From contig CAVQCI010000003.1 of assembly GCA_963710985.1 (NCBI GenBank), positions 682,959-746,958 on the forward strand: 64,000 nt of DNA, read 5' to 3'. The stretch is from an uncultured Actinomycetes bacterium. GTDB lineage: Bacteria; Actinomycetota; UBA4738; HRBIN12. The stretch's first letter is position 1. Every line of letters begins with the position of its first letter. Below are positions 30,926 through 40,997 of this stretch, piece by piece. The notes under the pieces were generated by a model. The model did not search any database. It was not told the origin of the DNA and worked only from the letters and a program-made list of their open reading frames with translations. The position numbers were made by a program, and so were the translations under genes.

Positions 30926-31423
30926 ATGCAGCCGACGGTCCGCACCCGGGTGTTCGAGCGATGCGCGACGCGCGCCGCGTGGGCGGTGGGGGGCGGCGCG
31001 GCGGCGCTCGCGATCGTGGCGGTCGTCGCCGCCCCGGGCGGGCTGATGACCGTGCTGGGGTTCGTGCCGCTCGCGGCGGTCGTGCTCGCTCAGGTCGCGT
31101 TCCGCCGCGAGGTCGCCGAGAACCGGATGCGGGTGCAGGCGCTAGTGCCCTCGCTGCAGCGCCACCTCTCGGGGTCTCGAGCGACGTGGATCCTCTCCGG
31201 CGTCACGAGCCAGCCGGTGGTGGCGTTCGCGGGGACCGAGCTGGTGCTGATCCGCGACGGGCGGACGCGGGTGCGGGTTGCGCTCGAGGACCGCGAGCAG
31301 CAGACCGAGCAGGTGGTCGTGGCGACCGACGACGGCGACGGGGTGTCCGTGGAGACGTACCGATGGGGGCACGTCCAGGATCGGCGGCGGGTCGCGAGCG
31401 ACGGCTTCTACACGGTCACCTGA
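30926..31423 (+). CDS. Hypothetical two-TM membrane protein
   Basis: ATG 30926 within ORF 30794..31423. Two hydrophobic helices, then a soluble ~100-aa domain. No family recognised. Confidence 0.45.
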   Translation: MQPTVRTRVFERCATRAAWAVGGGAAALAIVAVVAAPGGLMTVLGFVPLAAVVLAQVAFRREVAENRMRVQALVPSLQRHLSGSRATWILSGVTSQPVVAFAGTELVLIRDGRTRVRVALEDREQQTEQVVVATDDGDGVSVETYRWGHVQDRRRVASDGFYTVT

Positions 31424-31445
31424 CGTCGTCGGCGGGAGGGCCGCG

Positions 31446-32015
31446 ATGGAAACGGTGGAGGTGAAGGACCGCGCCGGATGGCGCCGATGGCTGCAGCGCC
31501 ATCACGCCACGTCGACGGGCGTCTGGTTGCTGGTCCGCAAGAAGGGCGGCGATCGTCCCGGCGTGACCTACGTCGAGGCGGTCGAGGAGGCGCTCTGCTT
31601 CGGCTGGATCGACTCGCGAGGGAACCCGTTGGACGAACACCGCTACCGGCTGACGATGACACCGCGCAAGCCGAAGAGCGTGTGGGCCGCGAGCAACAAG
31701 GAGCGGATCGCGCGGCTGACGGCCGAGGGCCGGATGGCGCCGGCCGGGCTCGCGGCGGTCGAGGCCGCGAAGGCCGACGGCTCGTGGGACGCCCTCACGG
31801 CCGTCGACGCGCTCGAGGTGCCACCCGATCTGGCGGGCGCCCTGGCCGCGAACCCAGCCGCCGCCGGGCACTTCGAGGCGTTCCCGCCGTCGTCGAAGAA
31901 GATGATCCTGTTCTGGATCCAGAGCGCGAAGGGTCCCGAGACTCGGGTGAGGCGCGTCGAGGAGACCGTCCGGCTCGCCGAGGAGAACCTCAGGGCGAAC
32001 CATCCGCGCCGGTGA
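31446..32015 (+). CDS. YdeI/OmpD-associated family protein
   Basis: ATG 31446. Blocks: WRRWLQRHH, GVWLLVRKK, EALCFGWIDS, MILFWIQSAKGPETRVRR. Confidence 0.7.
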   Translation: METVEVKDRAGWRRWLQRHHATSTGVWLLVRKKGGDRPGVTYVEAVEEALCFGWIDSRGNPLDEHRYRLTMTPRKPKSVWAASNKERIARLTAEGRMAPAGLAAVEAAKADGSWDALTAVDALEVPPDLAGALAANPAAAGHFEAFPPSSKKMILFWIQSAKGPETRVRRVEETVRLAEENLRANHPRR

Positions 32016-32130
32016 GGCGCCCGTCGGGCTCGCGCGCAGGCGACCACGTCAGCCCGAACGGCGCGCGCAGCCGCGCCGGGAGGAGACCGGCCGTCACGAA
32101 CCGCAGCAGCGAGGTCGCCATCCGCCTCGG

Positions 32131-33565
32131 TCACGCGCGCACGCTCCGGGGCGAGGTGGTCGACTCCGCGGTCGCGCCGGCGGGCTCCGGCTCCATTGGC
32201 GCGTCGCGCCCCGCCGGCCACACGAAGAGCACGGCGACCAGCACGCACGCCCACGCGGTGCCGAGGGACCAGCCTGCCAGCACGTCGGTGAGCCAGTGCA
32301 CGCCCAGGTACACGCGCGACGCGCCAACCGCGAGCACCACGACGACCCCGGCCGCCCAGGCGACCGTCGAGGGACGCCGCGTCATGCGCCGGGTCACGAT
32401 CGCGGCGAGCGTCGCGTAGACGGCTGCCGACGCGGTCGCGTGCCCGGACGGGAAGGAGGCGCCGGCCACGGTCATCAGGTGGATCGCCACCGGGGGTCGC
32501 GGCCGCGCGATCACCACCTTCCACGTGTCGTACAGGACGATCGCGCCGGCGAGGGCGAGCACGAGCGCCAGGGCCGCGCGCCCGTCGCGCGCCCGGAACG
32601 CCAGGAAGGCGCCGACGACCACGACGAGCGGGATCAGCACGGCGTTGGAGCCGAGCCAGGTGACACCGCGCATCGCGGCGGTGAGCCCGTCGGTGCGGTG
32701 GGCCACCGCGAACCGCGTGACGCCTGGGTCCCACAGGGCCGCCTCTTCGTGGGCGACCACGTCCTGGGCGAGCCCGCCGAACGTCCAGGCGCCGAGCGCG
32801 GCGGCCACCACGGTGACGCTGAGCAGGAACCCGCGCGGCGTGGTCGTGTCGACGCGACCGGCGAGCCACGCGGACGTACGCGGGAACCGGCCGCGTGCCC
32901 ACGCCACCGGTCGCAGCGCCGCCGCCCGGTCGCTCAGGCGCTCGCCGCCCTCGCGCGCCTTCTTGAGCGAGCGCGTGAGGACGAGCCCGAGCAGGACGAG
33001 CCCGAGCAGCGCGAACCCGACGTAGCCCGCGTCCTTGGACACGCGCTCCCACGCCGCCCCTGCGAGGTAGCCGAGCAGGACGAACGTCGTGCCCCACAGG
33101 AACGCCCCGATCGCGTTGAACAGGGCGAACCGTCCGTAGGGCATCTCGGCCATCCCCGCGAGGCCGGGGACCATCACGCGGAGCGCCGCGGTGAACCGGC
33201 CGATCACGACCGCGTGGGGCCCGCGCCGGCGCAGGTACGCCTCCGCGGCGTCGAGGTGCTCGTCGGCGCGCGTCCGCACGATCGGGACGCGCCGAAGGAA
33301 CCCGCCGAGGACCTGCCGTCCCCACAGCCGGCCGATCCAGTAGCCGATGCCGTCGCCGACGAAGGCGCCGAGCACTGCTGCCGCGATCGCGACCGGGAGC
33401 GGATCCGCCCCTGGTAGGCGAGGACTCCGCCGAGCAGCACCGCGATCTCGCCGGGGAATACGAACCCCACGAACGCCGAGGACTCGAGCGCGGGATCGCG
33501 AAGACGATCGCGACCGCCGCAGCGCCGTGCAGGCTCAAGATCCAGTTCGTGATGCTCGCGAGCAA
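32131..33565 (-). pseudogene. DedA (SNARE-associated) / PAP2 phosphatase fusion membrane protein, two frame breaks near the 5' end
   Basis: MLASITNWILSLHGAAAVAIVFAI (ORF 31643..33565), then ALESSAFVGFVFPGEIAVLLGGVLAYQGRI (ORF 33204..33470), then AIAAAVLGAFVGDGIGYWIGR...PAP2 block SFPSGHATA...SRVYLGVHWLTDV (ORF 32131..33375). Breaks ~33487-33496 and ~33392-33402. Confidence 0.7.
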
Positions 33566-33725
33566 CGCGTTCCTCCGTCGGAGCGGGTCGCTCCTATGGG
33601 GCCTTCGTCACCACGTACGGGGCCGTTCGGTTACCGACCCCCTCGGGCGTCTCGCTAGCATGGCGCACGATCCGGCGCGTGCGCACATGCGAGCGCCCGG
33701 ATGGCCCGTACGAGAGGAGATCGCG

Positions 33726-36215
33726 GTGAGCGCCGACGTGAATGCAGGCGGATCGACGACGGGGGACTTGCCCTCCCGCGCACAGGTCGTGGTCGTCGGC
33801 GGCGGCGTGATCGGCACCTCGATCGCCTACCACCTGACGCACCTGGGGTGGCGCGACGTCGTCCTGCTCGAACGCAAGCAACTCACCGCCGGGACCACCT
33901 GGCACGCGGCCGGCTTGATCACCTCCGCCGGCATGACGTCGGAGACGCTCCTGTGGATGTCGCGGTACACGCGCGACCTCCTGCCGACGCTCGAGGAGGA
34001 GACCGGGCAGGCGACCGGGTTCCGTCCGATCGGTCACCTGCACCTCGCGACGACCCCCGGACGCCTGGAGACGATCCGCCGTGAGTCGGCGTTCGTGCGC
34101 TCGCTCGGGGTCACCCACGAGGAGCTCTCCGCGAAGGAGTTCCAGGGCCTGTGGCCGCAGGCCTACGTGGACGACGTGCTCGCCGCCTTCTACGTGCCCG
34201 ACGAGGGCCGCGCGAACCCCGCCGACGTCACGATGGCCTACGCGAAGGGCGCGACGATGGCGGGCGCCACCGTGATCGAGGGCGTGACCGTCACCGGGTT
34301 CACGAAGCACGGGCACCGCGTCAGCGGCGTCGTCACCGACCGGGGGACGATCGAGACCGAGTCCGTCGTCAACGCCGCCGGGATGTGGGGCCGTCAGGTC
34401 GGCGCGCTCGCCAGCGTGACGGTGCCGCTGCAGGCCGCCGAGCACTACTACGTGATCACCGAGCCGCTCGAGTGGGCGCACCCGGACCTGCCGGTCGTGG
34501 AGGACCCCGACCGCTACGGCTACTACCGCGAGGAGGGCGGCGGGATCCTGGTGGGGCTGTTCGAGCCCGTCGCCGGCCCGTGGGGCCTCGACGGGATCCC
34601 GCAAGACCTGGGGTTCGCGATGCTCCCGCCCGACTACGACCGCGTCGGCCCGTTCCTCGAGCGCGCGATGGACCGGTTCCCGGCGCTGCACGAGGCCGGG
34701 ATCAAGACGTTCTTCTGCGGGCCCGAGAGCTTCACGCCCGACATCTCGCCGCAGCTCGGCGAGGCGCCCGAGGTCGAGGGGTTCTTCGTGGCCGCCGGTC
34801 TCAACTCGCTCGGGATCCTGCTCTCGGGCGGCGTCGGCAGCACGATCGCTTCCTGGATCGTCGACGGCGTGCCGCCCGTCGACGTCACGGGCCTGACGGT
34901 CGATCGCACGCAGCCGTTCGAGACGTCGCGGCGGTTCCGGGCCGAGCGCGCGGTGGAGCAGCTCGGCGCGCTGTTCGGCGACGCCGTCTGGCCGAACTGG
35001 CACCCGGCGACGGCGCGCGGCGTCCGCCGCAGCGTGATCCACGACCGGCTCGAGGCCGCCGGCGCGCAGTGGTCGGTGAGCAGCGGCTGGGAGTACCCGG
35101 ACTGGTTCGCGGAGCCGGGCGCCGGCCACGTCGAGCTCACGCCCGGCTGGGACCGCGACGAGTCGTTCGGCTGCCAGGCGGAGGAGCACCGCGCGGTCCG
35201 CGAGGCCGTCGGCGTGCTCGACATGTCGCTGATGGCGAAGTTCCTGGTGCAGGGTCCCGACGCCGAGACGCTGCTGAACCGGGTGAGCACGAGCGACCTG
35301 GCGGTGCCGGTGGGCACGATCGTCTACACGCAGTGGCTGCACGAGCGCGGCGGGATCGTCGCCGACCTCACGGTGACGCGCGTCGGCGAGGACGCCTTCC
35401 TGGTGGTCGCGACCGACACGATCCACCGGCGCCTGCCCGCGTGGCTCCGACGCCACGCCCGCGAGGACGAGCGCGTGTCGTGGACCGACGTTACGTCGGG
35501 CACGACGCTCCTCACCGTGCAGGGCCCGCGCTCGCGCGAGCTGCTCTCGCGCCTGACCGACGCCGACCTGTCCAACGACGCGTTCCCCTACATGACCGCG
35601 AGGCCGATCGATGTCGGCTACGCGCCGGTCCAGGCGCTCCGCGTCACCTACGTCGGCGAGCTCGGGTGGGAGCTCCACGTGCCCGCCGAGTTCGCGGTGG
35701 GTGTCTACGACGCGCTGTTCGAGGCGGGCGAGGACCTCGGGATCCGCAACGCGGGCCTGCTCGCGATGAACAGCCTGCGGATGGAGAAGGCCTACCGCGA
35801 CTGGGGCCTGGACCTCGACAACACCGACACCCCGCTCGACGTCGGCCTCGGGTTCTGCGTGTCATGGGACAAGCCCGGCGGGTTCGTCGGCCGCGACGCC
35901 CTGCTCGCCCAGCGCGTGGAGGGCACGCCCAAGCGCCGGCTCGTGCAGTTCCTCCTGACCGACCCGGAGCCGCTCCTCTACGGGAACGAGCCCTTGCTGC
36001 GCGACGGCGAGATCGTCGGCTACAACCGGATCGGGGCGTACGGCCATACGCTGGGCGGCGCCGTCGGCCTCGGGATGGTCGAGGACGAGGCGGGCATCCC
36101 GGCGGAGTCGATCGAAGGCGCGAAATGGGAGCTCGACGTCGCCGAGGTCGCCGTACCCGCGCGGGCCTCGCTCCGCCCGATGTACGACCCGGACCGGGAG
36201 CGGATCAAGGCGTAA
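33726..36215 (+). CDS. Dimethylglycine/sarcosine dehydrogenase-like FAD oxidoreductase fused to GcvT folate-binding domain
   Basis: GTG 33726 lies 6 nt after GAGAGGAG. Blocks: VVVVGGGVIGTSIAYHL, GTTWHAAGL. The C-terminal half is aminomethyltransferase-like (GVLDMSLMAKFLV, LRVTYVGELGWELHVP, LRMEKAY). Intact to 36215. Confidence 0.8.
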   Translation: MSADVNAGGSTTGDLPSRAQVVVVGGGVIGTSIAYHLTHLGWRDVVLLERKQLTAGTTWHAAGLITSAGMTSETLLWMSRYTRDLLPTLEEETGQATGFRPIGHLHLATTPGRLETIRRESAFVRSLGVTHEELSAKEFQGLWPQAYVDDVLAAFYVPDEGRANPADVTMAYAKGATMAGATVIEGVTVTGFTKHGHRVSGVVTDRGTIETESVVNAAGMWGRQVGALASVTVPLQAAEHYYVITEPLEWAHPDLPVVEDPDRYGYYREEGGGILVGLFEPVAGPWGLDGIPQDLGFAMLPPDYDRVGPFLERAMDRFPALHEAGIKTFFCGPESFTPDISPQLGEAPEVEGFFVAAGLNSLGILLSGGVGSTIASWIVDGVPPVDVTGLTVDRTQPFETSRRFRAERAVEQLGALFGDAVWPNWHPATARGVRRSVIHDRLEAAGAQWSVSSGWEYPDWFAEPGAGHVELTPGWDRDESFGCQAEEHRAVREAVGVLDMSLMAKFLVQGPDAETLLNRVSTSDLAVPVGTIVYTQWLHERGGIVADLTVTRVGEDAFLVVATDTIHRRLPAWLRRHAREDERVSWTDVTSGTTLLTVQGPRSRELLSRLTDADLSNDAFPYMTARPIDVGYAPVQALRVTYVGELGWELHVPAEFAVGVYDALFEAGEDLGIRNAGLLAMNSLRMEKAYRDWGLDLDNTDTPLDVGLGFCVSWDKPGGFVGRDALLAQRVEGTPKRRLVQFLLTDPEPLLYGNEPLLRDGEIVGYNRIGAYGHTLGGAVGLGMVEDEAGIPAESIEGAKWELDVAEVAVPARASLRPMYDPDRERIKA

Positions 36216-36219
36216 GCGA

Positions 36220-37008
36220 TCAGGCGACCTGGAACGACCGCTTCGCGAGACCGAGGAAGAAGCCCTCGATCTCGGTGTCGGGGCTGTCCTCGGGGTCGCT
36301 CGCCGCGCCGAGCGTGACGAAGAGCGGTGCGAAGTGCTCGACGGTGGGGTGCGCGTAGGGCATCCCCGGCGCCTTCTCGCGGAAGGCCATCAGCTCGTCG
36401 ACGTCGCCGCGGTCCAGCGCCTCGCGGGCCCACTCGTCGAAGTCCTTCGACCAGCCGGGCGGGGTCGCGTCCGCGCTCCAGTCGCGCAGGAACGGCAGGC
36501 CATGGGTGAGGAACCCGGAGCCGACGATCAGGACGCCCTCGTCGCGGAGCGGTCGCAGCCGCTGCCCCAGCTCGAAGAGTCGCTGCGGATCGAGCGTCGG
36601 CATCGACATCTGCAGCACGGGGATGTCGGCCTCCGGATACATCACGAGCAGCGGCACGTAGGCGCCGTGGTCCAGGCCGCGGTCGGACTGCTCGTGAACC
36701 GTCTCCGTATCGGGCATCAGCGCGGCGACACGGCGCGCGAGGTCCGGCGCGCCCGGCGAGGGGTACGTCATCTCGTAGTAGCGCTGGGGGAACCCCCAGA
36801 AGTCGTAGGTGAGCGGGACGGCGTCGGCGGTGGCGCCTAGCGTGAGCGGCGCCGACTCCCAGTGCGCCGAGACGATCAGGATCTCCTTCGGCTTCGGCAG
36901 CTCGGACGCCCAGCGTGCCAGCTGGGAGGTCCAGGTCTCGTCGTCGACGAGCGGGGGCGCGCCGTGGCCCAGGTACAGGGCGGGCATCGCGGCGGGGACG
37001 TCGTTCAT
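36220..37008 (-). CDS. Class III extradiol dioxygenase (4,5-DOPA dioxygenase/YgiD-like)
   Basis: Intact 262-aa ORF. Blocks: LYLGHGAP, ILIVSAHWE, YDFWGFP, LDHGAYVPL, VGSGFLTH. Confidence 0.8.
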   Translation of the reverse strand: MNDVPAAMPALYLGHGAPPLVDDETWTSQLARWASELPKPKEILIVSAHWESAPLTLGATADAVPLTYDFWGFPQRYYEMTYPSPGAPDLARRVAALMPDTETVHEQSDRGLDHGAYVPLLVMYPEADIPVLQMSMPTLDPQRLFELGQRLRPLRDEGVLIVGSGFLTHGLPFLRDWSADATPPGWSKDFDEWAREALDRGDVDELMAFREKAPGMPYAHPTVEHFAPLFVTLGAASDPEDSPDTEIEGFFLGLAKRSFQVA

Positions 37009-37077
37009 CGAATCCTCTCGGGGTCGTCAGGAGGTCAACGCGTGGCGCGGCTCCCATGTTCCCGCGGGGGGCAGGGG

Positions 37078-37083
37078 TAGGCT
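37078..37083 (+). promoter_or_regulatory. -10-like hexamer TAGGCT, 6 nt upstream of GTG 37090 (possible leaderless transcript)
   Basis: ggGTAGGCTCGgtacGTG. Confidence 0.3.
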
Positions 37084-37089
37084 CGGTAC

Positions 37090-37458
37090 GTGGACTTCGC
37101 GCACCTGATGAGCCGGATCTCGCAGGGGTTCGAGATCCTCGGCGTCGGGATCCTCCTGATCGGATCGATCGGGGCGTTCGGGGCCGATGGGCTGCGCCGT
37201 CTGCGCGGTGAGCACGTCTACTCGCGCCTGCGTTCCGACCTCGGGAAGGTGATCCTGCTCGGGCTCGAGATCCTCGTCGTGGCCGACATCATCCGGACGA
37301 TCGCCGTCGACCCGACGCTCGGCAGCGCGATGGCGCTCGGAATCGTCGTGCTGGTCCGCACGTTGCTCAGCTTCTCGCTCGAGATCGAGATCGACGGCGT
37401 CGTGCCGTGGCGCAAGGCCGGGCTACGCTCGAGCGAGGACGCAACCCCGCAAGACTGA
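37090..37458 (+). CDS. DUF1622 membrane protein
   Basis: Intact 122-aa ORF. LGKVILLGLEILVVADIIRTI...LVRTLLSFSLEIE pattern. Confidence 0.65.
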   Translation: MDFAHLMSRISQGFEILGVGILLIGSIGAFGADGLRRLRGEHVYSRLRSDLGKVILLGLEILVVADIIRTIAVDPTLGSAMALGIVVLVRTLLSFSLEIEIDGVVPWRKAGLRSSEDATPQD

Positions 37459-37462
37459 CGGC

Positions 37463-38290
37463 TCACGCGGCGTCGGCCACCGTGACGAAGCCGTACCCGT
37501 GGGCGCGGATCGTCCGGATCACGCGCGGCAAGGCGTTGGCATCGAGCGTCGAGCCGTCGTCGGGGTTCGCGCCGACGTGCATCAGCACGATCGCGCCCGG
37601 CGCCAGACCGTCGTGCACGGCGCCGACGATCTCGTCGACGGTCACACCCGACGACGTGCCCCTCCACCCGATCGAGCCGATCGTCCAGCCGATGCAGCCG
37701 TAGCCGAGCGCGTGGATCGTGCCGATCGCCTGCGCGCCGCTCGCCCCGTAAGGGAAGCGGAAGAGCGGCCGCGGATCGTGCCCGGTGATCCGGCGCAGCG
37801 AACGCTGGGCGGCGAGCACCTCGGCGGTCACCGCCGCTCGCGACAGCGTCGTCAGGTCGGCGTGCGTCTGGCTGTGGTTGCCGACGGGGAACCCCGACGC
37901 GATCGTGCGCGCTTGGTCCGGGTACACCTCGGCCCAGCGCCCGGTCATGAAGAAGGTCGCCGGCACGCTCTCGTGCCGCAGGGTCGCGAGGATCGAGGCG
38001 ACCCCCGCGTCGTTCCCGCCCGCATCGAACGTCAGCGCCACCACGGCGCGATCGGTGGGAAGCCGCGACCAGCACGCGCCGGCGAGTGACGGCGGCAGCG
38101 ACGAGGGAGCCGATGTTGGAGGCGTCGTCGTCCTGACGGGTGGCTCGGACGTCGGCGGAGGTGGCGCGGAGGTCGTCGCAGATGCGGGCGGGGGCGAGAC
38201 CGGCGGTGTCGGGGCCGGCGATCCTGTCGTGCAGGCGACCAGCGCGAGCCCGACCGCCCATGCCAGGGCCGCTCGGATCGGCGTCGTCAT
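37463..38290 (-). CDS. Polysaccharide deacetylase (NodB homology) lipoprotein
   Basis: ATG 38290. Lipobox GLALVAC, then a Pro/Thr/Ser linker. NodB blocks: LTFDAGG, NHSQTH, RFPYG, LMH. Confidence 0.8.
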   Translation of the reverse strand: MTTPIRAALAWAVGLALVACTTGSPAPTPPVSPPPASATTSAPPPPTSEPPVRTTTPPTSAPSSLPPSLAGACWSRLPTDRAVVALTFDAGGNDAGVASILATLRHESVPATFFMTGRWAEVYPDQARTIASGFPVGNHSQTHADLTTLSRAAVTAEVLAAQRSLRRITGHDPRPLFRFPYGASGAQAIGTIHALGYGCIGWTIGSIGWRGTSSGVTVDEIVGAVHDGLAPGAIVLMHVGANPDDGSTLDANALPRVIRTIRAHGYGFVTVADAA

Positions 38291-38401
38291 CTCGCACCCC
38301 GCCGACACCATCATCGGACCTCGCACGAGGGGTGCGGTGGCCGCTCGGCCTGCGTCCGACGGGACGGTGCGGCGCGAGGGTCGTCGCGTCCGCGACCGGC
38401 G

Positions 38402-38407
38402 TAGGCT
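38402..38407 (+). promoter_or_regulatory. -10-like hexamer TAGGCT upstream of archease-rtcB
   Basis: gGTAGGCTCGcaGGTGAGGGGAGtgtctATG. Confidence 0.35.
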
Positions 38408-38427
38408 CGCAGGTGAGGGGAGTGTCT

Positions 38428-38853
38428 ATGGGCGAGCCGGGCTCCGGGTTCGCGTTCCTCGAGCACACCGCGGACGTCGGGATCCGCGCGTGGGGGCCGT
38501 CGGTCCGCGCGGCGTTCGAGCAGGCGGGGCGCGGCCTCGCGACGCTTATCGGGGCGACGGCGCCGCCTCCTGGCCGTGCCGTCCCGATCCACGTCGAGGC
38601 GCACGACCGCGAAGCGCTGCTCGTGAGGTTCCTCGACGAGCTGGTCTTCGTGTTCGAGACGCACGACGGCGAAGGGCTCGCGTCGCTCGAGGTCCCACGC
38701 CTGTCCGCGACGTCGTGCGACGCCGTCGTCCGGCTCGCGCCGATGGCCGTCCCCTTGGAGGGCTTGCTCGTGAAGGCCGCCACCTATCACCAGCTCTCGA
38801 TCGCCGAGGGGCCCGACGGTACGGCCGAGGCGCAGATCTACCTGGATGTGTGA
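38428..38853 (+). CDS. Archease
   Basis: ATG 38428. FAFLEHTADVGIRAWG...VKAATYHQLSI blocks are typical of archease. The stop lies 3 nt before the rtcB ATG. Confidence 0.85.
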   Translation: MGEPGSGFAFLEHTADVGIRAWGPSVRAAFEQAGRGLATLIGATAPPPGRAVPIHVEAHDREALLVRFLDELVFVFETHDGEGLASLEVPRLSATSCDAVVRLAPMAVPLEGLLVKAATYHQLSIAEGPDGTAEAQIYLDV

Positions 38854-38856
38854 GCG

Positions 38857-40303
38857 ATGCAGCCCGAGCGGATCGATGCGTTCTCGTGGCGGGTGCCGGT
38901 CGGCACGGTCGAGGGGATGCGCGTGCCCGGCGTCGTGTTCGGCACCGAGGCGCTGATCGCGCGCGCGGTCGACGACCGGGCGATCCTGCAGGTCGCGAAC
39001 GTCGCGACGCTCCCGGGGATCGTCGGGGCCTCGTTCGCGATGCCCGACATCCACTGGGGCTACGGCTTCCCGATCGGCGGCGTCGCCGCGACCGACCCGG
39101 ACGCCGACGGCGTGATCTCGCCCGGCGGCGTCGGCTTCGACATCGCCTGCGGCGTGCGGCTCGTGCGGACGGACCTGACGTGGGAGTCCGAGGTGCGGCC
39201 ACGGATCCGCGAGCTGGTGGCGACGCTCGCGAGCGCGACGCCCCGCGGGACGGGCGCCGGCGGTCGGCTGCGGCTCAGCCGCGCCGACGTGCTCGACGTC
39301 CTTCGCGACGGCGTCGGGTTCCTGCTCGGCCGCGGGATCGGCTGCCCGCGCGACGCGGAGCTCTGCGAGGACGGCGGCGCGCTCGCCGGCGCCGCGCCCG
39401 AGGTGGTCAGCGAGCGAGCTCTCACGCGCGGCGCCGGCCAGCTGGGGTCGCTCGGCGCCGGGAACCACTTCCTCGAGGTCCAGGTGGTCGACGAGATCCT
39501 CGAGCCGGTCGCCGCGAACGCGATGGGGCTGTTCGCGGGGCAGGTGTGCGTGATGATCCACTGCGGCTCGCGCGGTCTCGGGCACCAGGTGTGCACCGAT
39601 CACGTCGCGGCGATGGACCGGCTGATGCGACCCCTCGGGATCGAGGTGCCGGACCGCCAGCTCGCGTGCGCTGCCGCTCGCGCACGAGGCCGCGCGCCGC
39701 TACGTCGGCGCGATGAACGCGGCCGCGAACTTCGCGCGCGCGAACCGCCACCTCCTGGCCGACGGCGTTCGGATCTCGTTCGAGTCCGTCTTCGAACGCT
39801 CCGCACGGGACCTCGGGATCGGGCTCGTGTACGACGTCGCGCACAACCTCGCGAAGCTCGAGGAGCACGAAGTGGACGGCCGCCGGCGCACGCTGTGCGT
39901 GCACCGCAAGGGCGCGACACGGGCGTTCGGACCGGGCCATCCATCACTGCCCGACGCGTACCGAACGATCGGCCAGCCGGTGCTGATCCCCGGCAGCATG
40001 GGCACGGCGTCGTTCGTGCTGGTGGGCACCGCCCAGGCCGAGCGCCGGGCGTTCGGCTCCACCTGTCACGGGGCGGGACGGCTGCTCTCACGGACAAAGG
40101 CCCGCAAGCAGATCGGCGGTCACGAGCTCGCGCGGCAGCTCGAGGAGCAGGGCATCGTGCTCGCGCCGGGCTCCCCGAAGCTCCTCGCCGAGGAGGCGCC
40201 GTTCGCCTACAAGGACGTCGACGAGGTCGTGCGCGCGTGCGAAGGCGCCGGCTTGTCGCGGGCGGTCGCGCGCCTGCGCCCGGTCGGGGTGGTCAAGGGC
40301 TGA
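38857..40303 (+). pseudogene. rtcB: RNA 3'-phosphate/5'-OH ligase RtcB, one frame break
   Basis: [36 protein letters not shown] and [10 protein letters not shown] are in ORF 38857..41088. [26 protein letters not shown]...HNLAK...HRKGATRA...IPGSMGT...STCHGAGR is in ORF 39713..40303. There is a 1-nt excess at ~39672. Confidence 0.85.
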
Positions 40304-40304
40304 G

Positions 40305-40997
40305 TCAGACGGTGGTGAGCCGTCCCTCGTCGCGGGCACGGGCCAGCCGTGCCGCGCGCCGAGCCAGACGGAGCGGCTCGGGCGTGCGGGCGCGTTCCAC
40401 AGTCATGCGGACGACGGTGAGCGCGGCGTCGAGGTCCGTCCGCCATGCCGGGTGCACCACCACCGGGCGGATGCCCGTCTGCGTGCGGAGCCACGCGGCG
40501 ACGATCCCGCCGTCCAGGACCAACGGCGATGTCGCCCAGCGTTCCGGTGCGGGTTCCGGCCCGCGCGCGAGCAGCGGCCGGTCGGTGACCCCGACGGTCG
40601 GCACGTCGAGGACGGCGCCGAGGTGCAGCGCGAGGCCGGCCCCGCGGGGATGGTCGCGCCCGGTCGCGTTCACGAGGAGCACGTCGGGGCGCAGCCCGAG
40701 CGCCAGCACGGCTGCCTCGAGGAGGGGCCCTTCCCGCAGGGCGAGCGCCCCCGCCACGTACCCGGCGCCGGTCTCGCCGCGCACCACGGCTTCGGCGGAC
40801 CCCACGACCGCCGCCGCCCAGGCAGGCTCGCCCGGTTCCTCACCGGCCGAGCCCGTCGGCGCCGTGAACCAGACCCCGCCGATCGCGAGCGTCCGGCGCG
40901 GCGGCCGCCACGGCGACGTGGACGACGCGGCGAGCGCGTCCTGGACGTCGCGAAGCTCCGGCGCCGTCCGGGGCCAGCCGGACGCCGACGCCGTCAC
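40305..40997 (-). CDS. nfi: Endonuclease V-like protein with apparently substituted catalytic residues
   Basis: GTG 40997 overlaps the upstream stop (GTGA). Blocks: [64 protein letters not shown]. These are collinear with EndoV as recalled from memory. Confidence 0.75.
   Translation of the reverse strand: MTASASGWPRTAPELRDVQDALAASSTSPWRPPRRTLAIGGVWFTAPTGSAGEEPGEPAWAAAVVGSAEAVVRGETGAGYVAGALALREGPLLEAAVLALGLRPDVLLVNATGRDHPRGAGLALHLGAVLDVPTVGVTDRPLLARGPEPAPERWATSPLVLDGGIVAAWLRTQTGIRPVVVHPAWRTDLDAALTVVRMTVERARTPEPLRLARRAARLARARDEGRLTTV

Noticed and set aside
33660-33725. ATG 33660 (or GTG 33549) as the start of the first DMGDH-like gene
   Set aside because: ATG 33660 lies inside the TAGCAT -10-like hexamer and has no SD. 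GTG 33726 is preceded by GAGAGGAG at optimal spacing, and the FAD-binding fold begins about 20 residues later.
33594-35678. 694-aa minus-strand ORF opposite the first DMGDH-like gene (similarly 44301..46175 opposite the second, and 757..2106 opposite the aminotransferase)
   Set aside because: These are antisense shadows of conserved genes with no motifs. They are a typical GC-rich artefact.
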